NCBI GenBank assembly: GCA_021463145.1 | Contig: JAJTWZ010000013.1 | Span: 5,864-69,863 of the forward strand | DNA: 64,000 bases | Direction: 5' to 3' | DNA from: Blastocatellia bacterium | GTDB lineage: Bacteria > Acidobacteriota > Blastocatellia > UBA7656 > JADIYM01 | Shown here: positions 45,855 through 55,975 of the stretch, piece after piece | How the letters are laid out: each line of letters begins with the position of its first letter | Numbering within the stretch: position 1 is the first letter of the stretch | Position numbers and translations under genes: made by a program | The notes under the pieces: model-generated | What the model saw: only the letters and a program-made list of their open reading frames with translations | Told to the model about the DNA's origin: nothing | Database searches by the model: none

Positions 45855-47656
45855 TATGCTCGAATCTCCTCGGCCGCGGAATCCCGCGGCGGCGCTGACG
45901 TCGTCGAGTTTGCAGAGCGAGACATTCCGCGGTCGCGGCGGAACGTGAACCCACATGCTGCAAGGAGCAGGCACGCAAACGCACTGATCCCCAAGCCGAC
46001 GCGCGACGGGCCGGTAATTCGCTGGCCTATGTGGACTTCGGTCCGGCCCGGCGGGACCCGAACGCCGAGCATTCCTCCGATGGACGTCGTCTCGAGCCGT
46101 TGCCCATCACCCGTCGTCGCAGTGAAGAAGTCGTATGCGAAGACCGGTACGCGCAGCATCCCCTCCGCAGACGCGGCGACGTCAATCCGGAACTCGGGTC
46201 CCGTTCGCGTCCAGCCGACAACGGTCGCATCCGTACCGCCCACGATCGCCGGAGCCTGGTAGACGACGGGATCGAGACCGTGCTGCTGAAACGCCACGAT
46301 ATCGATCTCGCGCGGCACGTACTCGCCGAGCACCGTGTAGCCGCGGTCGCCGTGCACGAACAGCGACGCTGGCGTGAGGAGGAAAGCGTCGGTCCAATGC
46401 GCTTCCGATTGCGGCGTCGTCTGGAACGAAGGAACGAGTAGCACGACAAGCACTGACGCAGCGGCAAACACCGGCACCGGCCACGAGCGACCGCGCGCAA
46501 GACGCGATATGGCCACGGCACAAAGAATCGGGGCGAAGAACGCGGTCAGCGTCAGCAACCGCCAGGGAAACTGGATGAAAGCGAACTGCTTCGGCAGCAC
46601 GACGAGAAAAAATGCCGGAAAAATCATGAACAGGATGCTCGCGACGTACGCCAGCAGCGTCGAGAGTCCGAGTACGGCGAGCACCGGCGACCGGCGCGCG
46701 CGCGTGCGCCACCGGAGCCTGCTCGTCGCAAACAGCGCGAGTGGGAGCAGCAGAAGCTGTCCGATACCAAGCTCATAACTCATCCCGTCAAGGTATCCCG
46801 GACCGCTCGACTCGCCGAACCAATATTTCGGGTGTGAATAGAGAAACTGCCAGGGAAGGACGCGATGGTCCGCAACGTGGGTGGCACTCGTCCACATGAA
46901 CTCGGCATCGCCCACCCACACGGTCGGGATGTAGTACTGCTGCGGTAGAAGGAACCACATGCCGAGCAGGATCCCGAGCGCGACCGAGACCGCAGGAACG
47001 ATCCCCGTACGCCACCCACGGACCGCCACCCCGAAGAGTGTGAAGACGCCACAGTAGGACAGGAAATACACGGCCGTGATGTTGTGCGTTAGCAAGAGCG
47101 CGGCAATGCAGACCGGCAAGTACCAGACGAACCGCCGCTGACGGAACGCGTGCCACAAGCCAAGCAGAATCAACGGATACCAGACGAACGTCCACGCCTC
47201 GGCGAGTGCGGCGCGCACATAGATGTCGACGAATCGATACGGCATCGAGACGTAGAGCAGCGACGCCCCGACAGCGATCCACCGGCATCGGAAGATTCCA
47301 GCCGTCAGGACGTACATCGCGACGCCGGACAACAGCGCGGAGAGGAAGAACGACAGGTTGACCGCGAATACCACGTTGCCGAAGAGCAGGGCGAGACCGG
47401 CACTCACGAAGAGCGTCAGCGGCGGATAGAAGCGCGGAAACGCAAAGCCGGCGCCGAAGCACGCATCCGGAAACGACTGAGGAAAGCGTCCGGCGTGCAG
47501 TTCGACCGCCACCTGCTGAGTACGGGCAAAGACGTAGATGCCTTCGTGACTCGTGAATGCAACCGGCTCGAGCAGCGCGCTGAAGAGCCAGGTAACGGCG
47601 ACCGCAACGACGAGCAGACCGATCAGGTGTTGCGACCAGGTCGTCCGACTGGCCAC
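45854..47656 (-). CDS. Polytopic GT-C-like membrane protein (resembles the family annotated as membrane PTPS-related / YfhO-like)
   Basis: More than 10 TM helices, then an extracytoplasmic domain (LRVPVFAYDFFTATTGDGQRLETTSIGGMLGVRVPPGRTEVHIGQR) and a terminal TM. This is the same layout as the 41445..43889 product. The GTG start directly follows the SDR stop (TAGGTG). Confidence 0.65.
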   Translation of the reverse strand: MASRTTWSQHLIGLLVVAVAVTWLFSALLEPVAFTSHEGIYVFARTQQVAVELHAGRFPQSFPDACFGAGFAFPRFYPPLTLFVSAGLALLFGNVVFAVNLSFFLSALLSGVAMYVLTAGIFRCRWIAVGASLLYVSMPYRFVDIYVRAALAEAWTFVWYPLILLGLWHAFRQRRFVWYLPVCIAALLLTHNITAVYFLSYCGVFTLFGVAVRGWRTGIVPAVSVALGILLGMWFLLPQQYYIPTVWVGDAEFMWTSATHVADHRVLPWQFLYSHPKYWFGESSGPGYLDGMSYELGIGQLLLLPLALFATSRLRWRTRARRSPVLAVLGLSTLLAYVASILFMIFPAFFLVVLPKQFAFIQFPWRLLTLTAFFAPILCAVAISRLARGRSWPVPVFAAASVLVVLLVPSFQTTPQSEAHWTDAFLLTPASLFVHGDRGYTVLGEYVPREIDIVAFQQHGLDPVVYQAPAIVGGTDATVVGWTRTGPEFRIDVAASAEGMLRVPVFAYDFFTATTGDGQRLETTSIGGMLGVRVPPGRTEVHIGQRITGPSRVGLGISAFACLLLAACGFTFRRDRGMSRSANSTTSAPPRDSAAEEIRA

Positions 47657-48439
47657 CTAGGTCACCGAACCGCCGTCGATCATGATGATCTCGCCGTTCA
47701 TGTAGGAATTCCTGTCGCAGCACAGAAAGGCGGCAAACTCGGCGAGCTCCTCTGCGTGTCCGAGCCGTCCACTCGAACTCCACGCCGTGTAGATCTCCAG
47801 AAACTTGTCCGGCAGCGTGTTTCCGAGATCCGTATCGAAGATGCCCGCCGCAATCGCGTTCACGGCGATGCCGAACTGACCCGCTTCGCGCGACAGACAC
47901 TTCGTGAACCCGAGCACCGCGGCCTTCGACGTCGCGTAGTGCACGCTAGTCGGCAGCGCACGCACCGCGCCGATCGACGTGATGTTGAGGATCTTTCCTT
48001 CACGTCGGCGCAGCATCTGCTTGTAGACCGGCTTCGTGATGTTGAAGAGCCCGTTCACGTTGACGTCCATGACTTCGGACCAGGCCTTTTCCGTCATCGT
48101 CGCAAAGCTGTCGGCGCGATTGATCGCCGCATTGTTGACTAGTACGTCGACCCGCCCGAACGCCTCGAGTACTTCGCGGATCATCCTGTTGCATCCTGGA
48201 CGGTCCGTAACCGACACCCTGAACGCAAGCGCGCGCCGGCCCGCATTCTCGATCGCCGCGACCACTTCTGCCGCCTGGTCCTCGCTCGAATTATAGTTGA
48301 ACGCGACATCCGCGCCTTCTCGCGCAAATACTTCGCACAAGGCGCGGCCGATCCCTCGCGAACCGCCACTGACGAAGGCGACCTTGTTTTCGAGTAACAC
48401 GTTGTCTTTGGATGATGAAGTGCCGCAACTATCCGGCAA
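47657..48439 (-). CDS. SDR-family oxidoreductase (FabG-like)
   Basis: VSGGSRGIGRA, NNAA and the catalytic Y..SK (VHYATSKAAV). Start uncertain: TTG 48439 (11-nt overlap with the upstream gene) or GTG 48400. Confidence 0.85.
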   Translation of the reverse strand: MPDSCGTSSSKDNVLLENKVAFVSGGSRGIGRALCEVFAREGADVAFNYNSSEDQAAEVVAAIENAGRRALAFRVSVTDRPGCNRMIREVLEAFGRVDVLVNNAAINRADSFATMTEKAWSEVMDVNVNGLFNITKPVYKQMLRRREGKILNITSIGAVRALPTSVHYATSKAAVLGFTKCLSREAGQFGIAVNAIAAGIFDTDLGNTLPDKFLEIYTAWSSSGRLGHAEELAEFAAFLCCDRNSYMNGEIIMIDGGSVT

Positions 48440-49628
48440 GGGGTGAGGAGACCGGCTTCACGCCGGCCAACGGAATCCCGGCCGGCACCAGGCGCTCGAT
48501 CTCGGAGATTATTCGCTTCGTGGCATCCGGAATCCCGAGAGATCCCGCAGCCGCGCGAAGCCCCTGGTAGGCCGACTCGTCTCGAACGAGCCGTTCGATT
48601 GCAGGAACGACGTCACGCGCCGAATTGACCATGACGGCCGCACCCTTGCGCTCCAGCATCTGGGCGGTCCGCTCCTCCTGCGGCATAGGCGGTGTAACGG
48701 CGTCGCCGATGATCGGGAGCCGGCAGGCAAGAGCTTCGAACGTCGTAAGCCCACCGAGCTTCGAGACCATCACGTTCGAAGCGCCCATCAGGCCGTGCAT
48801 TTCGTCGGTGTATCCGACGACACGAACCGGAAACCCGGCAGACCTGGCCCGTTCTTCTGCATGCCTGCGGAGCCCTTCGTTTTTTCCAGCGACGAAAATC
48901 GCCTGCACAGGCAATGTCGCCTTCACGAGCGACTCGAACAGTTCCGGAATATTCCCGCCACCGATCCAGCCCGCATTTACGAGGATCGTGAACCGGTCGG
49001 GCTCGAGCCCAAGACCGGAAAGCACCCTCGACCGAGTCTCGGGCTCGTGCCGGATCGACTCGAAACACGGATGGATCGGCATTCCGCATACGCGAATTCG
49101 CTCCGGAGACACACCGTATGACTCGAGCTCGCGCTGAGCATCCTCGTGAGCCACGACATAGAGCTTCACGCCATCGTCAGCCCAGCCTCGCCACGAGTTG
49201 CCGAACGGATCGGTCACCACAGTAACGAGCGGTATGGACTCCGTCAGGTCGAGCTCCTTGAGCAGACGCGCGAAAAACGCCTGCATCATCGGATGAACGG
49301 AAACGATGACGTTCGGCCCGAACTTGCCGACGAGTTGACGCCCGTGGTGCTTTCCGAAACGGTACACGACATCCCAGCGATCCGGCCTGAAACGGTTGAT
49401 TGCCCAGTGGTAGTACTTCACGTACTGCTGCCGATTCCGCAGCAGGTAGTTGTAGAGCGAACCCAGGCGTTGCGAGATCGCACTGTTCTCTTCCATCGCC
49501 TTGGCGATGTGGACGAGATACGTGGCGCTCGATGCCGCGACGGACAGGCCGGCTTCGAGTGCGCGAGCGGCGCTCGTGTGGCCGCCCCCGGTATCGGACG
49601 TCAGAATGAGAACTTTCTTTTCGGTCAT
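48429..49628 (-). CDS. GT28-type glycosyltransferase (MGDG synthase / UgtP-like)
   Basis: KKVLILTSDTGGGHTSAARALE matches the MGDG-synthase N-domain and the C-terminal half is GT-B (SKLGGLTTFEALACRLPII). I prefer the internal ATG 49628 (MTEKKVL) over the listed 49688. Confidence 0.8.
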   Translation of the reverse strand: MTEKKVLILTSDTGGGHTSAARALEAGLSVAASSATYLVHIAKAMEENSAISQRLGSLYNYLLRNRQQYVKYYHWAINRFRPDRWDVVYRFGKHHGRQLVGKFGPNVIVSVHPMMQAFFARLLKELDLTESIPLVTVVTDPFGNSWRGWADDGVKLYVVAHEDAQRELESYGVSPERIRVCGMPIHPCFESIRHEPETRSRVLSGLGLEPDRFTILVNAGWIGGGNIPELFESLVKATLPVQAIFVAGKNEGLRRHAEERARSAGFPVRVVGYTDEMHGLMGASNVMVSKLGGLTTFEALACRLPIIGDAVTPPMPQEERTAQMLERKGAAVMVNSARDVVPAIERLVRDESAYQGLRAAAGSLGIPDATKRIISEIERLVPAGIPLAGVKPVSSPLAG

Positions 49629-49749
49629 CGAGGCGTAACGGACAGGGTTCAGCCTGGTCAGTATAGAGTCCGAAATGACAAAAGCCAACGGCGCCGCCGG
49701 ACATTCCGAGTCCGGCGGCGCCGTTCAATCGACCAAGGAAGCAACACAG

Positions 49750-51426
49750 TTACGAACTACTCACCGTTCCGTCGAGAAAGGCCTTGAGTTTGACACTGCG
49801 TGACGGGTGCCGGAGCTTCGCAAGCGCTTTTGCCTCGATCTGCCGGATGCGCTCGCGCGTGACGGCGAAGTGGCGTCCAACTTCCTCGAGGGTGTGCTCT
49901 TCTCCCGAACCATCCAGCCCGAATCGCATCCGGATGATGTCGGCCTCGCGCTGCGACAACGTTGCTAGAACGTCGTCGGTCAACTCGCGCAGGTTGTTGG
50001 TGATCGCCGATTCCGCCGGACTGGTCGTGCGCCGGTCCTCGATAAAGCTCGCGATTGTCGTCTCGCCGTCATCGCCAACCGGCGTTTCGAGCGAGATCGG
50101 CTGCTGGGCGATCTTCAACGCCTTTCGCACCTTCCAGGGCTGCATGTCGAGACGGTGCGAGAGCTCGTCGTTAGACGGCTCACGCCCCAATTCCTGCACC
50201 ATAAGTCGCTGAGTGCGAAGAATCTTGTTGATCACCTCGACCATGTGCACCGGCACCCGGATCGTGCGTCCCTGATCGGCGATCGCTCGAGTCACGGCCT
50301 GGCGAATCCACCATGTCGCATATGTCGAGAACTTGTAGCCGCGCCTCCAGTCGAATTTCTCGACCGCCCTCATCAGGCCGATGTTGCCTTCCTGAATCAG
50401 GTCGAGGAAGTGCAACCCGCGATTGATGTAGTTTTTCGCGATCGAGATGACGAGGCGAAGGTTGGCTTCGATCATCTCGGTCTTCGCGATCTCGACCTGA
50501 GTTTCGGCAACGACGAGACTCTGCATCGCCCGTTTGAGGTCGACTACCGTCGTGCAGTACTGCCGTTCGAGTTCGCGCAACTCACGGCGCGCAGTGCGCT
50601 GGCGCTTCTTGAGTTCGTCGATGTTCTTCCGCCGTCGCGTCAATGCAACGTCGATGGCCGCGATCTCCTGCTCGAGTGAGCGCGCGCGTCCACCAACCGA
50701 ACGGAGCCTGTCGACGAAACGACGCCTCATGTCGAGCGAGAACGGGAGGTGGCGAATCATCTGGGAGAGCTCGATGAGGAGTTCCGCCCGGCGTCGGCGC
50801 ATCTTCTTGATCCTGGGTGAACGCTTCGGCTCAGCCACGAGTCTCTCGTAATGCCGGCGCACCTTCCCGACCTGCCTGGCTATCTCCGCGAAAGCCGCGA
50901 TGGCCGCGTCGCGGTCGAGCCGGATCAATTCCGCCGGCTGACCCTCCTCCTCGGATTCCTCGGCGGACGCACCAAGAAGTTGCGAAACGGCGACCTGCCC
51001 GTCGCGCAACCTGGAATGCGCCTCCGCAATTACCTCGGCAGTGGTGAGCGATCTCGAAAGTATCTTCTCGACGCGATGCTTGCCGCGCTCGATACGCTTC
51101 GCGATGCGCACTTCGTCCTCCCGCTTCAACAGCGGGACCGTGCTCATCTCGCGAAGATAAAGGCGCATTGGATCGAGCGACTGATCCTTGCTCGGCTCGA
51201 GGTCGAGGTCGACCTCGTCGCTTTCGGCCTCTTCCTCGGCCGGGGCAGCTTCGACTTCGGCTTCCTCTTCTTCCTCGGGAGCGACATTGCGCCACTCCCG
51301 GTTGCTGACTTCGTCACTATCCAACTGGGCAACGATTCGATCGAGACCGCCGGCCTTAACGAGACCGTCAATGGTCTCCTCACCGGTGGCCGCCCAAGGA
51401 TCTGCGTCAAGTCCCTGCCGTACCAT
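49750..51426 (-). CDS. rpoD: Primary RNA polymerase sigma factor
   Basis: Acidic region 1, then region 2 ([12 protein letters not shown] ... [46 protein letters not shown]), region 3, and region 4.2 ([24 protein letters not shown]). Confidence 0.95.
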   Translation of the reverse strand: MVRQGLDADPWAATGEETIDGLVKAGGLDRIVAQLDSDEVSNREWRNVAPEEEEEAEVEAAPAEEEAESDEVDLDLEPSKDQSLDPMRLYLREMSTVPLLKREDEVRIAKRIERGKHRVEKILSRSLTTAEVIAEAHSRLRDGQVAVSQLLGASAEESEEEGQPAELIRLDRDAAIAAFAEIARQVGKVRRHYERLVAEPKRSPRIKKMRRRRAELLIELSQMIRHLPFSLDMRRRFVDRLRSVGGRARSLEQEIAAIDVALTRRRKNIDELKKRQRTARRELRELERQYCTTVVDLKRAMQSLVVAETQVEIAKTEMIEANLRLVISIAKNYINRGLHFLDLIQEGNIGLMRAVEKFDWRRGYKFSTYATWWIRQAVTRAIADQGRTIRVPVHMVEVINKILRTQRLMVQELGREPSNDELSHRLDMQPWKVRKALKIAQQPISLETPVGDDGETTIASFIEDRRTTSPAESAITNNLRELTDDVLATLSQREADIIRMRFGLDGSGEEHTLEEVGRHFAVTRERIRQIEAKALAKLRHPSRSVKLKAFLDGTVSSS

Positions 51427-52087
51427 CTTCGAATCCCCCCTTGCGACGCGAATTCGATCTTCCGAACCACAGATCTTCTGACGGCCTGTCGCCGCCCATT
51501 CGCCCGCTTATTCCTCTATTGACCAATTAGTCCGCCCGCCAGCCGAGCAATTGCCATTCCAACGGTGTGTGCAGTTCTGCAATCGCCACCATTGCGTGCC
51601 GGTTCCCCGAATTTCCGCGGCGTCGCGCGGTCATCCCACCGCATTCGACGCGATCCGGGGAGTTCATCGGCCGATTCCGCCAGCCACGGCGGATCTCGAA
51701 AGATCATTCGTTCCAAGCGCCTACGATGTTTCAACTGCGCTGCAAGATGTCCTTTCGGATCGAGGATCTCGGGCCAACCGGCCGCCAATTGACGACGTGC
51801 CGGCATGAACGCCCCATCGGCCCGATTCCTGCACGCTCAAACGCCACGGTAACAAGAGTGCAATATCGACGAAGTCATTGGACCTACGTCGTGCTTTCAC
51901 CCGGTGGATGGTCACTCGAGCGGAAAATCGCTCTTGACCGGATTCCCATTCCAACGGTTTGACTACGTAACCGCGATTGCGGTTTCGACGATTCGAGAAC
52001 CGGAAGCGTCGGTTATCGTATCGTGACTCCGAACTGGGGCCCGGCCGGCGTCCGGTTGCCCACGAATCCATAAGAAACGAGGCTTTT

Positions 52088-53803
52088 GTGAATCAGCCAG
52101 TGCCGGAGAGAAGCCATTCGATCGCAGCCATCCTCCGGTCCCGGGACGTCGAGTTCTGGCTGCTTCTCGCCGGGGTTTTTCTCGTCGCATTTTATGGAGT
52201 CATCTATCCGAATGCCGGCCTCGTCCTGGAGAGCTTCCGGACGACGACCGGCTGGTCTGTCGAACCCTATGTGCACACGCTGGCGCAGCCCGCCACCCAG
52301 CGTGCAATCGTTGCGAGCCTGGTCCTGTCGGTTCTGACCGTAGCCGGATGCGCGATCGTCGGCGTTCCACTCGCGCTCCTCCTCGATCGCGTGGACGTGC
52401 CCGGACGGCGTTTCGTTGCCGCCATCGTTGCATCGCCGCTTCTGCTTCCTCCGCTCGTAGGAACGATTGCGTTCATCTTTCTCTTCAGCGAGAGCGGCAT
52501 CGTGACACGGGCGATCGTTCGGGCGTTCGCACTCGAAGGCGCTCCATATCGCCTGCGAGGCTTCTGGGCAGTACTGCTCTTTCACGTATACACGATCTAT
52601 CCGTATTTTTTCGTGTTCGTGAGTTCGGCACTGACGCGATCGGATCCCGCGCTCGAAGAGGCGGCCGGGACGCTCGGCGCTTCGCGATGGACTCGATTCC
52701 GCCGGATCGTCATTCCCTCGATAAGCGGAGCCCTGACCTCGGCAGCCATTCTTACCTTCATGACTTCGATGGCTTCGTTCTCGGCGCCGTACCTCTTTGG
52801 AGGCGACGCGCGAGTTCTTACGCAGCTGATCTATGAGGCGAAGATCAACAACGATCGTGGAGTCGCCGTCGTCATGACGGTGGTTCTGGCCCTGCTCTCG
52901 GCTGTCGCCCTGTTCGTATTCGCGCGTGCCGAGACGCGCGTGCCCACGGGAACCGGGTCGAAGGGAGTGACGCGACGTCGAGTTGCTCTGAACACGCCGC
53001 TTGCCAGATCGATTGCCGTCACCGTCTGCGCCGCCGTTGCCATCGTTCTGCTTCTGCCTCACGCAACGATCGCACTTCTGAGCGTTGCCCGCATCGGTTC
53101 GTGGACGACACAGGTACTGCCTCCCGAATACACCCTTGCGAATTACGCGAAGATCTTCAGTGGGCCGCGCTTCCTCGACCCTGTGCGAAACAGCGCCGTG
53201 ATGGCAGCCGTTTCGGCGTCTGCGGCACTCGTTTTCGGCGTCGCATCGGCATATCTGCTCACTCGATTCCGCTTTCGCTCGCGCGGCCTGCTGACGGTCG
53301 TCCTGCTCGTTCCGTGGTCGCTGCCGGGAACCGTCCTTGCTTTTCAGGTCGTAGAGGCCTTCTCGCGCCCGACCGTTCTTACCGCCGGCCAGACGCTCGC
53401 CGGAAGTTTCTGGCTGCTGCCCGCAATCTACTTCCTCCGAACGATGCCACTAGTGTTGCGCTCCGCGCAGGTGAATTTGCAGCAACTCGACTCGTCGCTC
53501 GAGGCCGCCGCGCGTTCGCTCGGCGCCAGTTGGCTTGCAACCATGCGACGGGTAGTCGTGCCGCTGATCGCGCCTGGAGCAATCGCAGGCGCATTGCTCG
53601 CTTTCGCACTCGGACTTGGGGAGTTCGTTGCCTCGATCGTCGCATACGTGCTCTCCAACCGACCGATCTCGATCCAGATCGAACAATCCATGCGACAGGG
53701 CGATCTCGGCACGGCCGCAGCCTACGGCACTATCCTCGTCGTGGCCGTCGGCGCCGCCCTCGCATGGATGCCTGCCACGACTAGACATAATGGACAAAAC
53801 TGA
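52088..53803 (+). CDS. Two-domain ABC transporter permease (FbpB/ThiP-like)
   Basis: About 12 TM helices in two repeats, each with an EAA-like loop (LEEAAGTLGASRWTRFRRIVIP and LEAAARSLGASWLATMRRVVVP). GTG 52088 is preferred over the listed 51977. Confidence 0.8.
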   Translation: MNQPVPERSHSIAAILRSRDVEFWLLLAGVFLVAFYGVIYPNAGLVLESFRTTTGWSVEPYVHTLAQPATQRAIVASLVLSVLTVAGCAIVGVPLALLLDRVDVPGRRFVAAIVASPLLLPPLVGTIAFIFLFSESGIVTRAIVRAFALEGAPYRLRGFWAVLLFHVYTIYPYFFVFVSSALTRSDPALEEAAGTLGASRWTRFRRIVIPSISGALTSAAILTFMTSMASFSAPYLFGGDARVLTQLIYEAKINNDRGVAVVMTVVLALLSAVALFVFARAETRVPTGTGSKGVTRRRVALNTPLARSIAVTVCAAVAIVLLLPHATIALLSVARIGSWTTQVLPPEYTLANYAKIFSGPRFLDPVRNSAVMAAVSASAALVFGVASAYLLTRFRFRSRGLLTVVLLVPWSLPGTVLAFQVVEAFSRPTVLTAGQTLAGSFWLLPAIYFLRTMPLVLRSAQVNLQQLDSSLEAAARSLGASWLATMRRVVVPLIAPGAIAGALLAFALGLGEFVASIVAYVLSNRPISIQIEQSMRQGDLGTAAAYGTILVVAVGAALAWMPATTRHNGQN

Positions 53804-53837
53804 CTGTCACGGGTCAGTCAGTTCATGTTCCTTGTTT
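53799..53837 (+). terminator. Intrinsic terminator after the permease gene
   Basis: 8-bp stem ACTGACTG/CAGTCAGT (53799-53806 and 53815-53822), followed by TCATGTTCCTTGTTT. It overlaps the TGA stop. Confidence 0.5.
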
Positions 53838-53871
53838 AGTGACCCTGAGAAACCTATTGAAAAAAAGGTTG

Positions 53872-53900
53872 TTGCAGGTTTTCCGCATAGGTGCTAGTCT
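53872..53900 (+). promoter_or_regulatory. Candidate sigma-70 promoter for the phosphohexomutase gene
   Basis: TTGCAG, 17-nt spacer, TAGTCT, in a locally AT-richer spacer. Pattern match only. Confidence 0.3.
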
Positions 53901-53966
53901 TGCGGCCAATTCGGCAAGGGCGCAGTTCTCACCCAAATAGTTCTCAGTTAGTCAGGGCGGAAGAGA

Positions 53967-55367
53967 ATGATCCGATTTGGAACATCCGGATGGCGGTCCA
54001 TCATTGCCGACGAGTTTACGGACGCGAATGTACGCGTGTGCGTGCACGCGATCGCGAATACCATCGTGACCGGGGGGCACGCCGACCGTCAGGTCATCGT
54101 CGGCAACGATACCCGATTCATGTCCGAGCGCTTCGTTCGACTTGCCGGCACAATCCTGGCCGAGCGCGGAATCCCATCCGAACTTTGCGACAGGCCGACG
54201 CCTACTCCCGTAATCGCATTCACCGTTGGCAGGAGACGGGCTGCGGGCGCGATCAACTTCACGGCAAGCCACAATCCACCCGAGTACCTCGGCCTGAAAT
54301 TCTCTTCCAGTGACGGCGCGCCCGCGCTTCCGGAAGTCACTAGCGCAATCGAGTGTGAGATTCGCCGGTTGCTCGCCGATGGCCTGCCCGCTCCGGTTAC
54401 CGCCCCGGCATCCAGCGTGGAGTTCGATCCTTCCGGCGACTACCTCGCCGATCTGGCGACCAAGGTCCAGTTCGACGTCATCGCGGCCTCAGGGCTTCGT
54501 GTTGCTTACGATCCGCTCTGGGGAACCGGCCGTGGCTACCTCGATCGGGCTCTTGTCTCTCACGGCGTCAAGGTGGAGACGCTGCACGACTGGCGCGACG
54601 TGTACTTTGGTGGACGCAGTCCCGAGCCCAACGAGACGAACTCTGCGGACCTCATCGCGGCCGTTCGCTCGGGCGAATTCGATCTCGGCCTTTCGACGGA
54701 CGGCGACGGCGACCGTTTCGGCATAATCGACAGCGACGGAACGTTCGTAGCCGCTAATGACATCATCGCTCTTCTCGTCGACTATCTGATCGAAACACGG
54801 GCCTGGGACGGCGATGTGGCTAGATCGGTAGCAACGTCGCATTTCGTCGATCGCGTTGCCGCAAAGCACGGCAGACGTGTCATCGAGACGCCTGTCGGCT
54901 TCAAGTTCATCGGAGAACTCATCAATGACGACAGGATAGTTCTGGGTGGAGAGGAGTCCGCTGGATTGTCGATTCGCGGGCACGTCCCGGAAAAGGACGG
55001 AATTCTCGCGTGTCTTCTGGTGGCCGAAGCCGTTGCGCGTCGAGGCGCATCCGTTGCCGAGATGCTGTCGGCCCTTCGGTCCGAACTCGGAACGCTGATC
55101 AACCGCCGAATCGGCGTGCGATTGTCGGAGGAACAAACGTCCCGCCTCAAGGAAAGGCTGGCGAGCGAAGATCCAACCGAGATCGGCGGTCGCAAGGTTC
55201 AGAGGGTCGATCGAACCGACGGAGCGAAGTTCATATTCGACGACGATGCCTGGGTGCTGATGCGCCCGTCCGGGACGGAGCCGCTCGTGCGCATCTACGC
55301 CGAAGCTCGGAACAATGACGAACTGGAGGTGCTGCTTGAATCGGGTCGCGAATTTGTCAACCGCTGA
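53967..55367 (+). CDS. Alpha-D-phosphohexomutase (phosphoglucomutase/phosphomannomutase family)
   Basis: MIRFGTSGWRS, active-site loop FTASHNPPEY, metal loop STDGDGDRFG and sugar loop GGEESAG. Confidence 0.85.
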   Translation: MIRFGTSGWRSIIADEFTDANVRVCVHAIANTIVTGGHADRQVIVGNDTRFMSERFVRLAGTILAERGIPSELCDRPTPTPVIAFTVGRRRAAGAINFTASHNPPEYLGLKFSSSDGAPALPEVTSAIECEIRRLLADGLPAPVTAPASSVEFDPSGDYLADLATKVQFDVIAASGLRVAYDPLWGTGRGYLDRALVSHGVKVETLHDWRDVYFGGRSPEPNETNSADLIAAVRSGEFDLGLSTDGDGDRFGIIDSDGTFVAANDIIALLVDYLIETRAWDGDVARSVATSHFVDRVAAKHGRRVIETPVGFKFIGELINDDRIVLGGEESAGLSIRGHVPEKDGILACLLVAEAVARRGASVAEMLSALRSELGTLINRRIGVRLSEEQTSRLKERLASEDPTEIGGRKVQRVDRTDGAKFIFDDDAWVLMRPSGTEPLVRIYAEARNNDELEVLLESGREFVNR

Positions 55368-55368
55368 A

Positions 55369-55707
55369 GTGCGTGTCCGCGTCGCCTCACGCCGACGCCT
55401 GCGCGAGGGTACTTCCTTTCGAATCGTGGACGGCGCGCTGGTGATGGTCCTTCTCGCCGCGTCGGCCATCTGCTTCTCGTATTACAGCCAGATGCGCGCG
55501 CAACTCGAGGCAGCACGCGCCGAGCACGCTCAGACTGCAGCGGAGGCAGCATCCCTGCAGGTAGAAAACCAGCGAATGGAGGTCGAGATCCAGGCTCTCC
55601 ACACCGACCCCGAGACCATCGAACGCGCTGCACGCCAACATCTGGGGATGGTCAGGCCCGGCGAGATCGTCGTGTCGGCAACACGAAACCACGGACGCCT
55701 TCAGTAG
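55369..55707 (+). CDS. ftsB: Septum formation initiator (FtsB/DivIC family)
   Basis: Single TM helix (ALVMVLLAASAICF), a coiled coil (LEAARAEHAQTAAEAASLQVENQRMEVEIQAL) and the conserved tail DPETIERAARQHLGMVRPGE. I prefer GTG 55369, just after the upstream stop. Confidence 0.7.
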   Translation: MRVRVASRRRLREGTSFRIVDGALVMVLLAASAICFSYYSQMRAQLEAARAEHAQTAAEAASLQVENQRMEVEIQALHTDPETIERAARQHLGMVRPGEIVVSATRNHGRLQ

Positions 55708-55740
55708 CTTGTTCGCAACCCGAATCTGAGCATTCGAAAA

Positions 55741-55780
55741 GGGCGCTGCGGAACGGCCGCAGCGCCCTTGGTGTCTCTTC
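55741..55780 (+). terminator. Intrinsic terminator after ftsB
   Basis: 11-bp stem GGGCGCTGCGG/CCGCAGCGCCC (55741-55751 and 55757-55767), followed by TTGGTGTCTCTTC. Confidence 0.5.
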
Positions 55781-55975
55781 AGGCGTCCGGGAGTTTTCCA
55801 GACGGATTTCTTGACAAAGGTTCCGGGGCCTTGGCAGACTTTCGGTTCCGCTTTCGGCGGAACAACTTCCCATTTCGGACATGTGGTTTCCAACGCGAAC
55901 TGGCCGGAGCCGCATCGGAGCACTGCAATTTCGCGTCACGTGGCCGACGCAACTTTAGGAGGACTTCGCATCGCT

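Noticed and set aside
44895-47900. ORFs 44895..46262 (+) and 46788..47900 (-)
   Set aside because: The first is antisense to the glyco-operon genes and runs across a strong terminator hairpin. The second is an alternate frame of the GT-C-like gene and the SDR gene. Neither has protein-like composition.
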